DNA of 32,000 nt from Fibrobacter succinogenes subsp. succinogenes S85 (GCF_000146505.1 NC_017448.1:2520001-2552000), one strand, 5' to 3'; counted from the first letter of the stretch, positions 16,329 through 25,560 are shown. Translations and numbers: made by a program. Notes: generated by a model not told the origin, from the letters alone.

Positions 16329-17086
16329 TATCCAAATCTCCCGGTAATGTAGTCCTCGGTGCGCTTGTCCTTGGGCAGCGAGAACAGGGTTTCAGTCTTG
16401 TTGACTTCGATGACTTCCCCTAAGAGGAAAAAGGCGGTCCTGTCGGAAACGCGGGTGGCCTGCTGCATGTTATGGGTCACCATGACGATGGTATAGTTCT
16501 TCTTGAGTTCCAAAACTAGGTCCTCGATAATGGAGGTGGAAATGGGGTCCAGGGCGCTGGTAGGTTCGTCCATCAGGAGCACTTCCGGCGAAACTGCCAG
16601 GGCACGGGCAATGCAGAGCCTCTGCTGTTGACCGCCGGAAAGGCCGAGAGCATTCTTTTTCAAGCGGTCCTTCAGTTCTTCCCACACGCCGGATTTCTGC
16701 AGGGACGTTTCCACGATTTCATCCAGCTCCGCCTTGTTACGGATACCGTGGGTCCTAGGACCGTAGGCGATGTTGTCGTAGATGCTCATGGGAAAGGGAT
16801 TGGGTTTCTGGAACACCATGCCCACCCTCTTGCGGAGAATATTGGGATTCATTTCCCCGTATACATCCTGGCCATCCAAGAGGATGTGGCCCGTAATCTT
16901 GCAGCCTTCCACCAGGTCGTTCATGCGGTTCAAGGACTTGAGTAAGGTGCTTTTACCGCAGCCGGAAGGCCCAATAAAGGCCAAGATTTCGTTGGGCATA
17001 ATGTTAAGGTTCACGTTTTTCAACGCATGGAAACTGCCGTAATACAGATCCATTCCTTGAATAGAAATTTTTTCGTTAGGTGTCAT
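16328..17086 (-). CDS. pstB: Phosphate ABC transporter ATP-binding protein PstB
   Basis: Walker [10 protein letters not shown], signature LSGGQQQR, Walker [12 protein letters not shown], and the PstB-typical ending YITGRFG. Confidence 0.95.
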   Translation of the reverse strand: MTPNEKISIQGMDLYYGSFHALKNVNLNIMPNEILAFIGPSGCGKSTLLKSLNRMNDLVEGCKITGHILLDGQDVYGEMNPNILRKRVGMVFQKPNPFPMSIYDNIAYGPRTHGIRNKAELDEIVETSLQKSGVWEELKDRLKKNALGLSGGQQQRLCIARALAVSPEVLLMDEPTSALDPISTSIIEDLVLELKKNYTIVMVTHNMQQATRVSDRTAFFLLGEVIEVNKTETLFSLPKDKRTEDYITGRFG

Positions 17087-17919
17087 TAGGTTTTTCCGAT
17101 TTTCTTTGCAAATTTGTTAGAAATCCAGTTGATAAGAAGGATTACCAGAATGAGGATAACCGAAGTGGCGTAGGCCTCGCCGGTATGGAAACCTTCTCGA
17201 GAAAGTTCGTACATGTGAACAGACAGAGTCCTGCCCGAAGAGAATATTCCCTTGGGAAAATCCGCCACCGTACCTGCCGTATAGACAAGGGCGGCAGTCT
17301 CTCCCACCACACGGCCCACCGCTAGGATTACACCTGCAAGGATTCCCGGAACGGCTGACGGTAATATTACCGACAAAACCGTACGGAGCTTACCTGCCCC
17401 GAGGCCGTAGGAACCTTCGCGATAACTATCTGGAACAGAACGCAGGGCCTCTTCAGTGGTGCGCATGACCAGGGGCAAAATCATGATGGAAATGGTCAAG
17501 ATACCGGAAACCAGGGAATATCCCAGGTGCAGGAAGGTCACGAAGAACAGCATTCCGAAAAGACCGTAGATAATGGAGGGAATTCCGGAAAGGGTTTCGG
17601 TAGTGATCCGCACCAGTCCCACGATCTTGTTTCCGCGGCGGGCGTATTCCACCGTATAGATGGCAGCACAGATTCCTAAAGGGCCTGCCACCAGGAGAGA
17701 ACCAAACACGATGATAACCGTATTCAGGATGGAGGGCAGGAAAGAGACATTCTCCGAGGTGTAAGTGAGAGAAAACAGGGAGGGTTTCAGGAATGGGATA
17801 CCCTTCACCAATATATAGAGGATCAGGAACCCCAGGGTGCATACCGTAATGGCGATGGCCAAGGACACGAGGATTCTCAGAAACAGCGAAAAGGGCGCAT
17901 GCTTATAGTATCCGATCAT
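17086..17919 (-). CDS. pstA: Phosphate ABC transporter permease PstA
   Basis: Starts [13 protein letters not shown] at an ATGA overlap with the pstC stop. Multi-TM with the EAA-type loop [19 protein letters not shown]. The upstream 230 codons of the 510-aa track ORF are an out-of-frame overlap with pstC. Confidence 0.9.
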   Translation of the reverse strand: MIGYYKHAPFSLFLRILVSLAIAITVCTLGFLILYILVKGIPFLKPSLFSLTYTSENVSFLPSILNTVIIVFGSLLVAGPLGICAAIYTVEYARRGNKIVGLVRITTETLSGIPSIIYGLFGMLFFVTFLHLGYSLVSGILTISIMILPLVMRTTEEALRSVPDSYREGSYGLGAGKLRTVLSVILPSAVPGILAGVILAVGRVVGETAALVYTAGTVADFPKGIFSSGRTLSVHMYELSREGFHTGEAYATSVILILVILLINWISNKFAKKIGKT

Positions 17920-18788
17920 TTGACAACCCTCTTCTTGAGAATGGAAAACAGCAGGTTGATAGTAAGGATAAAGGAGAATAGCACCACACCGGTGGCAATG
18001 AGGGCTTCGCGGTGCAGGTCCGTGGCATAGCCCATTTCCAACACAATGTTGGCGGTCAAGGTCCTGACTCCCTCGAAAATACCGTCGGGCATTCGGACCT
18101 GGTTTCCAGCCACAAGAATCACTGCCATGGTTTCGCCAATAGCCCGGCCAAAACCCAAGATGATACCCGCCACGATTCCCGAAGTGGCCGCCGGAAGAAC
18201 CGTGAAGAATACACTCCTTTCGTGGGTGGCCCCGAGAGCCAGGGAACCTTCGTAGTAGCTGTTGGGGACCGCCCGCAGGGCGGCTTCGGAAACGGAAATG
18301 ACGGTAGGCAAAATCATGATTCCCAGCAGAATCGACGCCGTAAAGATGCTGAAACCGCTCCCGCCAAGGTGCTGCCGCACAAAGGGGACGATGATCACCA
18401 AGCCAAAGAAGCCGTAGATCACCGAGGGAATGCCGGCCAGGAGTTCCACGGCGGGTTTCAACACCCTGTGGAGCCTTTCGGAGCAGAACCGAGCCAGGAA
18501 TATGGCCGACAGGAGCCCCACCGAGACACCGATGGCTAGGGCCCCCAGTGTCACGTAGAGGCTGCCGAGAATCATGGGAAAAATCCCGTAGATCGCAGGC
18601 TCGTCCGTGGGGGCCCATTCCGTTCCGAACAAAAAGTCCGTAAAGCCTATCTTTAGAATGGCGGGGACACCGTTTGCAAAAAGGAACGCGCAGATCAGGG
18701 CCACAAACAGGATGCTTGCTAGCGCAGAGACCAGGAAGATGGTGGACGCGGCCCGTTCCTTGAATGGACTGGATAGTTTGAATTTCAT
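17916..18788 (-). CDS. pstC: Phosphate ABC transporter permease PstC
   Basis: Multi-TM with loop EAALRAVPNSYYEGSLALGA. Its position is between the porin and pstA. Confidence 0.9.
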   Translation of the reverse strand: MKFKLSSPFKERAASTIFLVSALASILFVALICAFLFANGVPAILKIGFTDFLFGTEWAPTDEPAIYGIFPMILGSLYVTLGALAIGVSVGLLSAIFLARFCSERLHRVLKPAVELLAGIPSVIYGFFGLVIIVPFVRQHLGGSGFSIFTASILLGIMILPTVISVSEAALRAVPNSYYEGSLALGATHERSVFFTVLPAATSGIVAGIILGFGRAIGETMAVILVAGNQVRMPDGIFEGVRTLTANIVLEMGYATDLHREALIATGVVLFSFILTINLLFSILKKRVVK

Positions 18789-18792
18789 GGTA

Positions 18793-19809
18793 TTACTTGA
18801 TGGAGGTCGTGAGGCGGGCGCTAAAGCCTACATCGGACATTTTGTTTTCGCTATAGACTGTCGCCTGGATTTTACCGTGGGAACCGATCTTTTTCACGAG
18901 ACCTACGGCCCAACCCAATTCATCGGCATCGGTGTTCAGTTCGTCACGATTAGCGACGTATTCCACTTCGGCAAAGGCCTTGTCAAAAATACCACCGGTA
19001 GGAAATTCCACGCCGCCGTACACCGGGAAGTACTGGGTATCCTGACCGTAGAGGGGCTTTACGGCAGTGCCCGCTTCAATGGAAGCTGCATTCACCTCGT
19101 CGTCTTCGCCGGTCATGATAGCTGCCGCTTCTGCGTATACCGCCAGCTGCTTGGAGACCTGGTAGCGGGCCCGAAAATCCACCACATGGGTCAGGACTGC
19201 GCTATATTGCATCGGGTCAAGAACATTGGCGCGATAACCCAGACCGAGTTTCAGGGCTTCTCCCAATTTCAGGTCGTCGTTTACGCGGAGGTAACCCTTG
19301 TTGAAATTACCGTCATCGGTACCCACCATCACGTTCAGCTGGTTGCCGGCCATTTTCCAGCCCAGCTCAAAGGCGTCGTGGGCGTAATCTCGAACTAGAA
19401 AGCCCCGCTTAGAAAGATTCTGGTCCAGGTAGCCACCGAAATTACCGGCACCTTCCGTATCCGTCTTCCAGTGACCCAGTTTCAAGTTCAGTCCGGAAGT
19501 TGCCCACTTGTAATTTCCGTAATAGGTATCGGCCTGAAACTTGTCTGCACCTCCATTAAAGTGGGGGGCGTACATGCGGATAGTCACCTTGGCATCGAAA
19601 TCTTCGGAGCTGTACGTTCCGCCGATATTGGCTCGAAACCAGAAGTTATCCAGAGTGTTTTCCTTTTCATTGTCGTAAAATGCCTTGTAGGCCTGAGTTT
19701 GAATATTTCCGGTCAAGTCAAAGCCGCTGGCCTTGGATTCTTCGGCGGCGCTAGCCATGCCGATAGTGGTAACAACAGCTGCGATGATGCAAGATTTCTT
19801 AATCGTCAT
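18793..19809 (-). CDS. Outer-membrane beta-barrel porin-like protein, first gene of the pst operon
   Basis: Signal peptide MTIKKSCIIAAVVTTIGMASA. Alternating hydrophobic/polar strands are rich in Y/G/D/N. The stop lies 4 nt before the pstC start. Confidence 0.6.
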   Translation of the reverse strand: MTIKKSCIIAAVVTTIGMASAAEESKASGFDLTGNIQTQAYKAFYDNEKENTLDNFWFRANIGGTYSSEDFDAKVTIRMYAPHFNGGADKFQADTYYGNYKWATSGLNLKLGHWKTDTEGAGNFGGYLDQNLSKRGFLVRDYAHDAFELGWKMAGNQLNVMVGTDDGNFNKGYLRVNDDLKLGEALKLGLGYRANVLDPMQYSAVLTHVVDFRARYQVSKQLAVYAEAAAIMTGEDDEVNAASIEAGTAVKPLYGQDTQYFPVYGGVEFPTGGIFDKAFAEVEYVANRDELNTDADELGWAVGLVKKIGSHGKIQATVYSENKMSDVGFSARLTTSIK

Positions 19810-19938
19810 TTTGAACTCCTTTGGGCCAAGCCCTGTTTGAATGACGGCATCAACTTAGATTGTCATTGTAAAAACTGAAGAGGGGTCGAAGTAAAATATT
19901 TGAGAAGTTCTTGTAACGAATAAAAGAGGAGTAAAGGC

Positions 19939-19978
19939 TTTACAAAGATTTTACCCTACATGCTATTGGGTCTTTACA
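19939..19978 (+). promoter_or_regulatory. TTTAC(A/C) direct repeats upstream of pstS (Pho-box-like)
   Basis: TTTACA at 19939, TTTACC at 19950 (11 bp later) and TTTACA at 19973 (23 bp later). All lie 50-90 nt upstream of the ATG at 20031. Confidence 0.45.
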
Positions 19979-20030
19979 TAGCTTGTCTAACTTGTGGTCA
20001 TCATTCAAAACCAACCAAGGAGTATCAAGA

Positions 20031-20912
20031 ATGAAAAAACTGGCTTTAACCGCTTGTGTAATTAGTTTAGCTGTAATGGGTATTACGGCAGCCTGCAACG
20101 GAGAAAACGAAAAGAACGTCGAAGTCGCCACCACCAAGCAGCCTGAAATTTCCGTCATCGCCCGAGAAGCTGGTTCCGGCACTCGGGACGCCTTTACCGA
20201 ACTGGTGGGAACCCTTATCAAGCAAGATGGAAAGAAAAAGGACAATACTGCCAAGGACGCGATTACCATCGACGGCACTCAGGGCGTCATGAGTGCCGTA
20301 GCCGGTAACGAATACGCCATCGGCTATATTTCCCTTGGCTCCATGAACGGTTCCGTGAAGGCCCTGAGCATTGACGGTTTCGCTCCCACCAAAGAAAACA
20401 TTAAGTCCGCCAAGTACCCCATCGCCCGCCCCTTCAATATTGCCACCAAGGGCAAGATGAACGACGCCGTAAAGGACTTCGTGAACTTTATCCTTAGCGC
20501 CGACGGCCAAGCCGTTATCGAAGGAAACGGCTACATCAGAGTTTCCGATGGTAAAAAATTCCAAGCCCAAAAGCTGAAGGGCAAAATTGTCATCGCAGGT
20601 TCTTCCAGTGTGTCACCGGTCATGGAAAAACTCAAAGAAGCCTACACTGCCCTAAACCCGGAAATGGAAATCGAAATTCAGACCAACGATTCTTCTTCGG
20701 GAATGCTAGCCGCCAAGGAAGGCACCTGCGATATTGGCATGGCCAGCCGCAACCTGAAACCCAACGAACTGGAAGTCTTAACTTCCCAGACCATCGCCCA
20801 AGACGGTATTGCCGTGATTGTCAACAAGCAGAACCAAGTTTCCAATATTGCCCTGTCCAGGTTGCGGGATGTGTATACCGGACTTATCCGTAAGTGGAAA
20901 GACGTGAAGTAA
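20031..20912 (+). CDS. pstS: Phosphate-binding lipoprotein, PstS (PBP_like_2) family, with permuted order of the two sequence halves
   Basis: SD AAGGAG, then MKKLALTACVISLAVMGITAAC. ISVIAREAGSGTRDAF...AIGYISLG...VKALSIDGFAPTKENI...YPIARPF...FILSADGQ is the canonical C-terminal half. It is followed by KIVIAGSSSVSPV...SSSGMLAAKEGTCDIGMASRNL...AQDGIAVIVNKQN...RKWKDV, the canonical N-terminal half. Confidence 0.85.
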   Translation: MKKLALTACVISLAVMGITAACNGENEKNVEVATTKQPEISVIAREAGSGTRDAFTELVGTLIKQDGKKKDNTAKDAITIDGTQGVMSAVAGNEYAIGYISLGSMNGSVKALSIDGFAPTKENIKSAKYPIARPFNIATKGKMNDAVKDFVNFILSADGQAVIEGNGYIRVSDGKKFQAQKLKGKIVIAGSSSVSPVMEKLKEAYTALNPEMEIEIQTNDSSSGMLAAKEGTCDIGMASRNLKPNELEVLTSQTIAQDGIAVIVNKQNQVSNIALSRLRDVYTGLIRKWKDVK

Positions 20913-20940
20913 AAAACGCAACTATGAAGTAAAACGAAAA

Positions 20941-20971
20941 AGAGGTGAACAGGATTCATCTCTTTTTTTTT
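20941..20971 (+). terminator. Rho-independent terminator of pstS
   Basis: AGAGGTGAA-cagga-TTCATCTCT followed by a run of about nine T. Confidence 0.75.
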
Positions 20972-21087
20972 ACTCAAGCAAATTGGACAGGCCAGAGACA
21001 TTCTCTCCAAGGCCGATTTTAGAGAAAGCTAGCTCTTGGACTGAATTGAAGAAGAGGACTAGCAATCCTAAGTGAGGCGCAATCAGC

Positions 21088-21648
21088 CTACTTTACCCAC
21101 TTGTCCACTTCTTTCTGGGCCTTGTCGCGTTCGTTCTGGGCCACGTGTCCGTAGATGGCGAGGCCGGGGGTCACGTTCGCGCCGGTCACCTTCTTGAGGC
21201 GCTGCACACCCGAAAGGCCACTGCCTTCGTGGGTCACGAACGGGTGAATCGTTTTGCCCTTCAAATTATACTTCTCGAAGAAGGTGAACATGGGCATGGG
21301 CATTTCGCCCCACCACACCGGGTAACCGACGTAAATCTCGTCGAATTCTTCGGGGTTCACGTTCACCGGCTTGATGGCCGGGCGCGCGTCCTGCGCAAGT
21401 TCCTTCTTGGCCACGTTGATGCAGTCGTCGTATTTCTTGGGGTATTCCTTCGCGGGTTCCACATGCAAGAGCGTGCCGCCCGTCTTTTTCGCAATCATCT
21501 CGGCAATGATTTCGGTATTGCCCTTGGTGATTGTTCCGACTTCATAATTTTCATCGGCACGGGAATAGTATGCGACGAGGATTTTCTTTTCTGCTGCCAT
21601 AGAGACTCCTAGAAGAAGTGATAAAAGAATCAAGGTGATTTTTTTCAT
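21088..21648 (-). CDS. Flavodoxin-like protein (Flavodoxin_4-type) with N-terminal signal peptide
   Basis: MKKITLILLSLLLGVSMA|AEKK, then ILVAYYSRADENY...GNTEIIAEMIAKKTGG...YVGYPVWWGEMPMPM...FVTHEGSG. Confidence 0.85.
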   Translation of the reverse strand: MKKITLILLSLLLGVSMAAEKKILVAYYSRADENYEVGTITKGNTEIIAEMIAKKTGGTLLHVEPAKEYPKKYDDCINVAKKELAQDARPAIKPVNVNPEEFDEIYVGYPVWWGEMPMPMFTFFEKYNLKGKTIHPFVTHEGSGLSGVQRLKKVTGANVTPGLAIYGHVAQNERDKAQKEVDKWVK

Positions 21649-21741
21649 GGGATCCGCCTTTTTCGTAAAAAATTCCTTTGAACCGGTTGAGTATAATATA
21701 AATAAATCCAGAACGGCCGCGTAATGCGTAATTTTTATGCC

Positions 21742-21764
21742 CAGTATGCGTGTGGCGCATAGCG
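21742..21764 (-). promoter_or_regulatory. LysR-type box 2, upstream of the flavodoxin gene
   Basis: The plus strand reads CAGTATGCGTGTGGCGCATAGCG, 41 nt from TATATTA in gene orientation. Confidence 0.7.
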
Positions 21765-21854
21765 GAAAGCGGCCACCTGCACTTGAAAGAAAACAAATAA
21801 TCCATTTTCGGGCTAAAATTCCATTTGAACTGGCGCAAATTTAGAGCTTCCCCC

Positions 21855-21877
21855 GCCTATGCCTTCAAAGCATATCT
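21855..21877 (+). promoter_or_regulatory. LysR-type box 3, upstream of the aldo-keto reductase gene
   Basis: GCCTATGCCTTCAAAGCATATCT, 41 nt upstream of TATTTTT. That heptamer ends only about 5 nt before the ATG at 21931. Confidence 0.65.
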
Positions 21878-21930
21878 TTTATGCGGAATAAGTATTTGGG
21901 TTTGTTGCGGGATTTGTTTATTTTTAGGGC

Positions 21931-22869
21931 ATGAGGTGGTTCAGTTTCTTGTTCGTTTTCCTGTTCATGGCGTGTTCGAGCGATGCTGCGTCGCAGGCTA
22001 TGCCGAAAGTTTCGAACAAAGGAGATTCGATCGTGCAGAATAGCAAAGGGGCGGCCCCAACGGTCAAGTTGAATTCGGGTTTCGATATGCCGGTTCTCGG
22101 GCTTGGCACTTGGACTTTGCGCGGCAAGGTGGCTGAAGACGCGGTCTATGTCGCCATCAAGAACGGGTATCGACTGATTGATACAGCAAAATATTACGAC
22201 AACGAAGAAGCCGTGGGTAGGGGTATTCGTCGGGCGATTGACGATGGGCTTGTGAAGCGCGAAGATTTGTTCGTGACATCGAAATTGGTGCCGTGGAGCA
22301 GTTCCCTGGACGAAGACATCGACGACTCGCTCGAAAAGCTGGGGCTCGAATATATTGATTTGATGCTGTTGCACCAGCACGGGCGCGACGCCGAAGACAA
22401 GGCGGTTTACAAGGCTATGGAACGTGCTGTGAAGGCGAAGAAGATCCGTTCCATCGGTATTTCGAATTACTACACCGAAAAGACGGCGAAGCGCTTTTTT
22501 GCCGATTTCGAAATCAAGCCTGCCGTGGTGCAAAACGAGAACCATGTGTTTTACCAGAACACGGAATTCAAGGAATACGCAAAACGATACGGCGCTGTGG
22601 TGGAATCTTATTACCCGCTGGGCGGGCGCGGCCACACCGAAGACGTCTTGGGGAACAAGGTTGTCACAAAGATAGCGAAGGCTCACGGGAAATCGGCTGC
22701 ACAGGTGGTGTTGCGCTGGCATGTGCAATCGGGCTACATTGCCATTCCGGGCTCCAAGAACCCTGACCACATCGCAGAAAACATATCGATTTTCGATTTC
22801 GAGTTGACAGACGACGAAATGAAGCAAATCGCCGCCCTTGATACGGGACACCGCTACGAAAACTGGTGA
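21931..22869 (+). CDS. Aldo/keto reductase with lipoprotein-type signal peptide
   Basis: MRWFSFLFVFLFMAC plus an S/A/K-rich linker, then the AKR core: VKLNSGFDMPVLGLGTW, IDTAKYYDNEEAVG, LHQHG, IAIPGSKNPDHIAENI. Confidence 0.9.
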   Translation: MRWFSFLFVFLFMACSSDAASQAMPKVSNKGDSIVQNSKGAAPTVKLNSGFDMPVLGLGTWTLRGKVAEDAVYVAIKNGYRLIDTAKYYDNEEAVGRGIRRAIDDGLVKREDLFVTSKLVPWSSSLDEDIDDSLEKLGLEYIDLMLLHQHGRDAEDKAVYKAMERAVKAKKIRSIGISNYYTEKTAKRFFADFEIKPAVVQNENHVFYQNTEFKEYAKRYGAVVESYYPLGGRGHTEDVLGNKVVTKIAKAHGKSAAQVVLRWHVQSGYIAIPGSKNPDHIAENISIFDFELTDDEMKQIAALDTGHRYENW

Positions 22870-22893
22870 AAATCGTCAAAATTTTAGTCAAAC

Positions 22894-22920
22894 TGGATAA
22901 AAAAGTATGTTTTTTATCCA
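22894..22920 (+). terminator. AT-rich perfect hairpin downstream of the AKR gene
   Basis: TGGATAAAAAA-gtatg-TTTTTTATCCA. The stem is all A/T-rich, so its terminator function is uncertain. Confidence 0.35.
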
Positions 22921-22978
22921 ATACAGTGTATTTGTTGAATAAAAAGGCTATTTTTATGGGTAAAGGACGGTTCATCCT

Positions 22979-24196
22979 ATGAAGATTGCCATACAAAACC
23001 AGCGCAAGGAGCGGGACAGACTTCTCAGTCTGCCGTATATCCCCCGTCAAACCATATACGACTTTGACGAATTGCTGAAAAGTCCGAACATCAAGCTTTT
23101 GACGGGGCCGAGGCGTGTCGGAAAATCTACCCAGGCCCTTTTGATGTTGCGGGGCAAGAACTTCGCCTACCTGAATTTTGACGATAACGAACTATTGAAC
23201 AAGTGGGACGAACAGCAAGCGGAGATGTTGCTTGGGGAAATTTACCCGAATTACGAGTACTTGCTGCTGGACGAAGTACAGAACGTTGACGGTTGGGACG
23301 TCTGGGTTAATAAACTTTATCGACGTGGTGTAAATTTGGTCATAACCGGCAGTAACGCAAAAATGCTTTCTGGCGAAATGGCAACCGTACTAACAGGTCG
23401 CTACCTTGAAATCAACATGCTGCCATTTAGCCTTGCCGAGGCATCGCAGTTTGCTAGCCGCTTGGGTAATGCAGAAAAAATCCAGGACGACTTCTTGAAA
23501 AACGGCGGTTACCCGGAGACTTTTACTCAAAGGTCTATTACCCAAAGTTATTTACAGACCCTTTTCGACTCCATTCTGTACAAGGACATTGTCAGAAGAC
23601 ATAAGATCAGAAACGCAACTGACTTGAACAATGTAGCCATGTTTCTTTTGTCCAATTTCACGGGAACATTTAGCTACAATGACGTAGCAGATGACCTAGG
23701 GCTCTCTAGCGTCAGCACAACAAAAAAGTTCATGGATTACTTGCATGAACCGTTTCTGTTTTATTATCTGGACAGATATAACAACAAACTAAAGTTGATG
23801 AAAAAAGCGCCTCGCAAGGTGTATGTGGTTGACAACGGTTTTGTTGCATCGAAGGCTTTTAATTTGAGCGATAATCTCGGAAAACTGCTGGAAAACCAGG
23901 TCTTTGTGGAGTTGCTTCATCGCGGGTACGACACCGAAAAGTCCTTGTTCTACTATCATTCCCGAAACGACAAGGAAACCGACTTTGTACTTCGTGAAGG
24001 CAACAAGGTCAAGGAACTTATCCAGGTTTGCTACGACATGTCCAAAGAAAAGACTATAAAGCGGGAAGTGGACAGCATCGTTGAATGTGCAGGAGAACTA
24101 GGCTGTGACAACCTGACTATTGTGACATGGAACGAGGAAAGGACTATCGAAAAAAAAGGCTACACAATCAAGGTTGTGCCTGTGGGTAAGTTTTAA
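22979..24196 (+). CDS. AAA-superfamily ATPase with DUF4143-type C-terminal domain (AAA_14/DUF4143 family)
   Basis: Walker A LTGPRRVGKST, Walker B YLLLDEVQ. The length and the C-terminal ETDFVL...VKELIQVCY pattern are typical of this family. Confidence 0.8.
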   Translation: MKIAIQNQRKERDRLLSLPYIPRQTIYDFDELLKSPNIKLLTGPRRVGKSTQALLMLRGKNFAYLNFDDNELLNKWDEQQAEMLLGEIYPNYEYLLLDEVQNVDGWDVWVNKLYRRGVNLVITGSNAKMLSGEMATVLTGRYLEINMLPFSLAEASQFASRLGNAEKIQDDFLKNGGYPETFTQRSITQSYLQTLFDSILYKDIVRRHKIRNATDLNNVAMFLLSNFTGTFSYNDVADDLGLSSVSTTKKFMDYLHEPFLFYYLDRYNNKLKLMKKAPRKVYVVDNGFVASKAFNLSDNLGKLLENQVFVELLHRGYDTEKSLFYYHSRNDKETDFVLREGNKVKELIQVCYDMSKEKTIKREVDSIVECAGELGCDNLTIVTWNEERTIEKKGYTIKVVPVGKF

Positions 24197-24201
24197 ACGT
24201 C

Positions 24202-24224
24202 CACTATTCACTTGACGCATAGCA
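24202..24224 (+). promoter_or_regulatory. LysR-type box 4 (one half degenerate), overlapping the LysR gene's own promoter
   Basis: CACTATTCACTTGACGCATAGCA, only 7 nt upstream of TATATTC and 34 nt before the ATG at 24258. Confidence 0.6.
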
Positions 24225-24257
24225 GAATTATTATATTCCCCCCAAAAGGGGCTTTTT

Positions 24258-25061
24258 ATGTTTGTCGAGACCTACATTTTGCGATTGCTGGCCGGGTTCC
24301 TGGAATACGGGACCCTTTCTACCGTAGCGGACAAGCTATACACTTCGCAGCCGGCGGTGAGCCGCGCGTTCAAGAAGCTGGAAGACGAAATCGGTACTCC
24401 GCTTTTTGAGCGCAAAAAGAACCGCATTGAGCTGAACGAGAAGGGACGCACGGTCGCCGAATACGCTAAGCGCATCATGGATTTGCAGGGCGAGATGATG
24501 GAAAAGGTAAGCCCGCAGGGGGCCACGCGCACGTTCTCCATCGCGTCGGTGGCCATCCTCCCCGCCATGCGGATGGTGCAGGAACTGCAGGAGAGATACC
24601 CCGGCGCGCAAGTCACTTACGAGATTATCGACAACGAGGCGGGCGTGCTGAAGGCCTTGAACGAGGGCACGGCGGATATCGGCATCACGCTTAAGGCCCC
24701 ACGTGCAAAGAAGTACCGTGCCGAAAAATACATGCAGGAGCGGCTCTCGATTGCGCTCCCGAAAAAGCATCCGCTTGCGAAGCGCAAGTCCATCCGGCTC
24801 CGGGAACTCAAGGGCGAGACCATCATCCAGCGCAGCAATGTGGGTTTCTGGGAACAGGTCAAGCGCAAGAAGATTCCCGACGCCACCTTCATCAAGCACG
24901 ACAGCACGAAGGGCATTTCAAAGCTCATCGAGCAGTCTTCGCTGTTGACGTTCGTTTCGAACCACCAGTTCGATTACGAAATTCCCAAGGACCGCAAAAT
25001 TGTACCGCTCGCCGACCGCGAAATGAACGTGGAATTTTTTAAGGTGAAGTTAATGAAATAG
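24258..25061 (+). CDS. LysR-family transcriptional regulator
   Basis: N-terminal wHTH LLAGFLEYGTLSTVADKLYTSQPAVSRAFKKLEDEIGTPLFERKKNRIELNEKG, followed by a substrate-binding-like C-terminal domain. Confidence 0.9.
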   Translation: MFVETYILRLLAGFLEYGTLSTVADKLYTSQPAVSRAFKKLEDEIGTPLFERKKNRIELNEKGRTVAEYAKRIMDLQGEMMEKVSPQGATRTFSIASVAILPAMRMVQELQERYPGAQVTYEIIDNEAGVLKALNEGTADIGITLKAPRAKKYRAEKYMQERLSIALPKKHPLAKRKSIRLRELKGETIIQRSNVGFWEQVKRKKIPDATFIKHDSTKGISKLIEQSSLLTFVSNHQFDYEIPKDRKIVPLADREMNVEFFKVKLMK

Positions 25062-25084
25062 CGCGGGCGTTTCATTTTCGCGAC

Positions 25085-25486
25085 TTATTTCCTGATGAAC
25101 TTTTCGTCGGTCTTGGGCATGGTGTTGTCGGGCGTGAAGCGTTCGGCAGTCATTTTCAAGTCGTACTTGTCGCGGAGTTTCGCAATCGTCTTCATCATGG
25201 GCGAAGCGTGGTGCACGTCGATGGCAGCCTGGCTTTCCCACGCGTCAATCAGCAAGATGGTCTCGGGATCGTCAAGCGACTGGAAATATTCGTAGCGGAT
25301 GTTGCCCTTCTCGGCACGGATTTTCGCCACCGTTCCGCTAGAAACCATCTCTTCGGCGAACTTCTTTGCCGCCCCGTTCTTACCCGTATAGCGCAGGTTT
25401 ACCGTAATGTTGCTCATGACACTCTCCGCAAACACGCTCGCCGCGAGCGCAAGGATTGAAAACAGTGTTAAAAACTTGAGTTTCAT
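25085..25486 (-). CDS. ABM (antibiotic-biosynthesis/quinol monooxygenase-like) domain protein with signal peptide
   Basis: MKLKFLTLFSILALAASVFA|ES, then the ferredoxin-like ABM pattern ...IRYEYFQSLDDPETILLIDAWESQAAIDVHHASP. Confidence 0.7.
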   Translation of the reverse strand: MKLKFLTLFSILALAASVFAESVMSNITVNLRYTGKNGAAKKFAEEMVSSGTVAKIRAEKGNIRYEYFQSLDDPETILLIDAWESQAAIDVHHASPMMKTIAKLRDKYDLKMTAERFTPDNTMPKTDEKFIRK

Positions 25487-25560
25487 TTTGCCACTCCGAA
25501 ATGTTTCGGATATAATATAAATTTTTTCGGAGTATGCGCAAAATGCTTAATTTTCATGCC

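Noticed and set aside
17920-18618. N-terminal 230 codons of the 510-aa track ORF 17086..18618
   Set aside because: It is out of frame with, and fully overlaps, pstC (17916..18788). Its composition is P/R/G-rich junk. The true pstA begins at the ATGA overlap at 17919 ([10 protein letters not shown]).
19983-20030. TTG start giving a 16-aa N-terminal extension of PstS
   Set aside because: The ATG at 20031 has an AAGGAG SD at proper spacing and begins a canonical lipoprotein signal. The extension has neither.
20972-21087. Partial inverted repeat GCTAGCTCTT...AAGAGGACTAGC between the pstS terminator and the flavodoxin stop
   Set aside because: The pairing is imperfect and interrupted, with no T tract. 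I could not support a terminator or RNA call.
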